64,000 bases of DNA from Antedon mediterranea (lineage: Eukaryota > Animalia > Echinodermata), in contig NC_092672.1 of the NCBI RefSeq assembly GCF_964355755.1, positions 38,384,437 to 38,448,436 of the forward strand. The letters are read 5' to 3'. How positions within the stretch are numbered: position 1 is the first letter of the stretch; each line of letters starts with the position of its first letter. Made by a program: the position numbers and the translations under genes. The notes below the pieces were generated by a model. It searched no databases. It was given only the letters and a program-made list of their open reading frames with translations, and was not told the origin of the DNA. Below, in pieces: positions 62,345 through 64,000 of this stretch.

Positions 62345-62580
62345 TAACATTTATATTTATGTTTCTGTTTTCAAAGCAAAATCCGAGGCTCTCCCAGCAC
62401 TAAAAGGTTCTGCCACAGCCATTTTGGGATGCATTGATGTGTGGTGGAAAGAGGGACGTATAATTCTGTGAACCCCCAAACACAGCATATCTTTAACTCT
62501 ATTCCACCGACCAGCGTGGGAATCGAACCCACGACATTCGTGTTACTAACATGACGCTCAGTCGACTGAGCTAACTGGTC
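62345..62580 (-). mobile_element. tRNA-derived SINE (or tRNA pseudogene) with near-complete cloverleaf head at 62508-62580
   Basis: GACCAGT TA GCTC AGTCGACT GAGC G TCATG TTAGTAA CACGA ATGTC GTGGG TTCGATT CCCAC GCTGGTC G: anticodon AGT, D-loop lacks GG, one anticodon-stem mismatch, no oligo-T terminator, continues into a ~160-bp body. Confidence 0.65.
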
Positions 62581-63507
62581 ATCTTGCTTTTAACTGGGTT
62601 AATATGTCTATTTATGACGTAATGATGAATTACGTAATACACGTATAATTAAATAGACTAATATCAGCTGTTCAGTCATGTACGGTTTGCTCAGTTTTTG
62701 CATCTCTTAATTCGGTTCAATTTTTTTTTATGGAAAATGAAAATTTAAGTGGACTTTTAAAAAAAGTCTGAAATTGCTTCACTGTTTAGTACACTTGATG
62801 GGCAGGAAAAGGTGTATAGCGCCCTCTATACGCCATACGCGATGTCTTGTGACGTGTAGAAAAAGTATTATAGTGCCCTCTATATGCCATACGTGATTCG
62901 ATAGTAGCGTATTGTCTCTCATGAGAGATGATAAGAGTTAAATCTTATATATTTAATAGAACTAGCCTAATGATGCACAATAACCAAGCACAAATCTCGT
63001 ATTTCATCTCGCTTCCTCACAGTGGTTAATAATTGTTTATTTTAATTCCAAACTCAAATACGACTGCAATTAATTTTGCATATGATTTATGAGCGCGATT
63101 AAGATCCAATCAAAAAAGTAATTTTCTGTAATGAATCTATAGACACAATGGAATTGCATAAGAAAGACAAATCAGAGGATACAATTCAAATAAATGACAC
63201 TTAAAAATAATATTTTAAAAAAATGTTTTCCGTTCTGGCCGATTCCTTAACGATAATGATCGCATTGAACACAAAATAGCCTCATTGTTTAGGGGAACGA
63301 ACAATACATTATTTTAGAACATCATTAAAATAAAAAGCAATTAAGGTCTATACATATTATTATAAATAGACAAAGCTTAAAATTATTTTGAACATTCGCC
63401 GATTGTAAGCTTTGATAAACCACGAAGTTGGTCGTCTTCTGATAAAACAGAAAACTCTTTCTATGAGCATTTGACGTCATGCATTACGTATTTTCTGTTT
63501 CTCTACT

Positions 63508-64000
63508 TTGTTCCCACTAACGACGCAACAAGGACGACGTAAAGCTTGGTTTCCCACAAGAGACGCAACGCAAGGACGACTTAAGTCTGTTTTCCTGTCG
63601 ACGTTATTCGACGCTATCGTTAACAATAATCGGCGATCATCTACGTAAACATTGAAATGTTAACGATTTACAGGAAAAGGTACTCGCTATTGTTATCATT
63701 TCAACTTGATCGTTTTCAAATGATCATCGTTGAACTGTTAACGATCAACGACGACAACGTCGAATAACGTCGACAGGAAAACAGGCTGTAAAGCTTGGTT
63801 CCCATTGAGACGAACCGCAAGGACGACTTAAAGCTTGGTTCCAACTGACGCTGACGCAACGCAAGGACGTAACGCAACGCAAGTGATTTGACGAATCACA
63901 AGCAAAAGATTATCAGACTGTCGCTTATCATTGAACCAAGCTTAGCGCAAAGCAAGCGTCAATTAGTTGTGGCGCTCTTACCATACGTCCTCCTGCGTTG
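63508..64000. repeat. Tandemly repeated AAGCTTGGTTCCCA..GACGCAACGCAAGGACG units (end of another probable MITE, truncated by the window edge)
   Basis: About four ~41-bp copies; the reverse-complement motif CGTCC..TGCGTTG begins at the window end. Confidence 0.6.
63584..63787. mobile_element. MITE with ~30-bp TIRs nested in a tandem array of another element's end
   Basis: AGTCTGTTTTCCTGTCGACGTTATTCGACG / CGTCGAATAACGTCGACAGGAAAACAGGCT. Confidence 0.75.

Noticed and set aside
62508-62580. Functional tRNA-Thr(AGT)
   Set aside because: No D-loop GG, anticodon-stem mismatch, no Pol III terminator; treated as a SINE head or pseudogene.

Overview
AT-rich, intron-rich animal genomic DNA; a Deu/Nin-type SINE core is consistent with an invertebrate, possibly a deuterostome (inference). 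There are two spliced genes, both on the minus strand, and I walked both exon by exon (GT-AG sites, frame-consistent). (1) A complete DEPDC5/IML1 (GATOR1 scaffold): 27 coding exons, 60374->40616, about 1406 aa. (2) An unnamed gene with an acidic, Ser-rich N-terminus and a long coiled-coil C-terminus: 21 exons, 29846->1460, running off the window start. The most unusual structure lies inside gene 2: a ~3.1-kb exon (11276->8153/8081) with an ITPRID/KRAP/TESPA1-like motif. It has the same splice phases as a 145-nt neighbouring exon and two in-frame candidate first exons of its own, suggesting a composite locus (nested gene, alternative last exon, or mutually exclusive giant exon). Other points: a 48-bp tandem repeat that multiplies a splice donor six times in frame, a candidate 6-nt microexon, a candidate internal DEPDC5 promoter and first exon, and an apparently intact minimal hammerhead ribozyme. 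Introns and intergenic DNA carry nested repeats: two non-autonomous Helitrons, a foldback element, about 12 Harbinger-type MITEs, a Merlin-like MITE, LINE 3' fragments, tRNA-derived SINEs and minisatellites. All calls come from reading the sequence; no searches were run.
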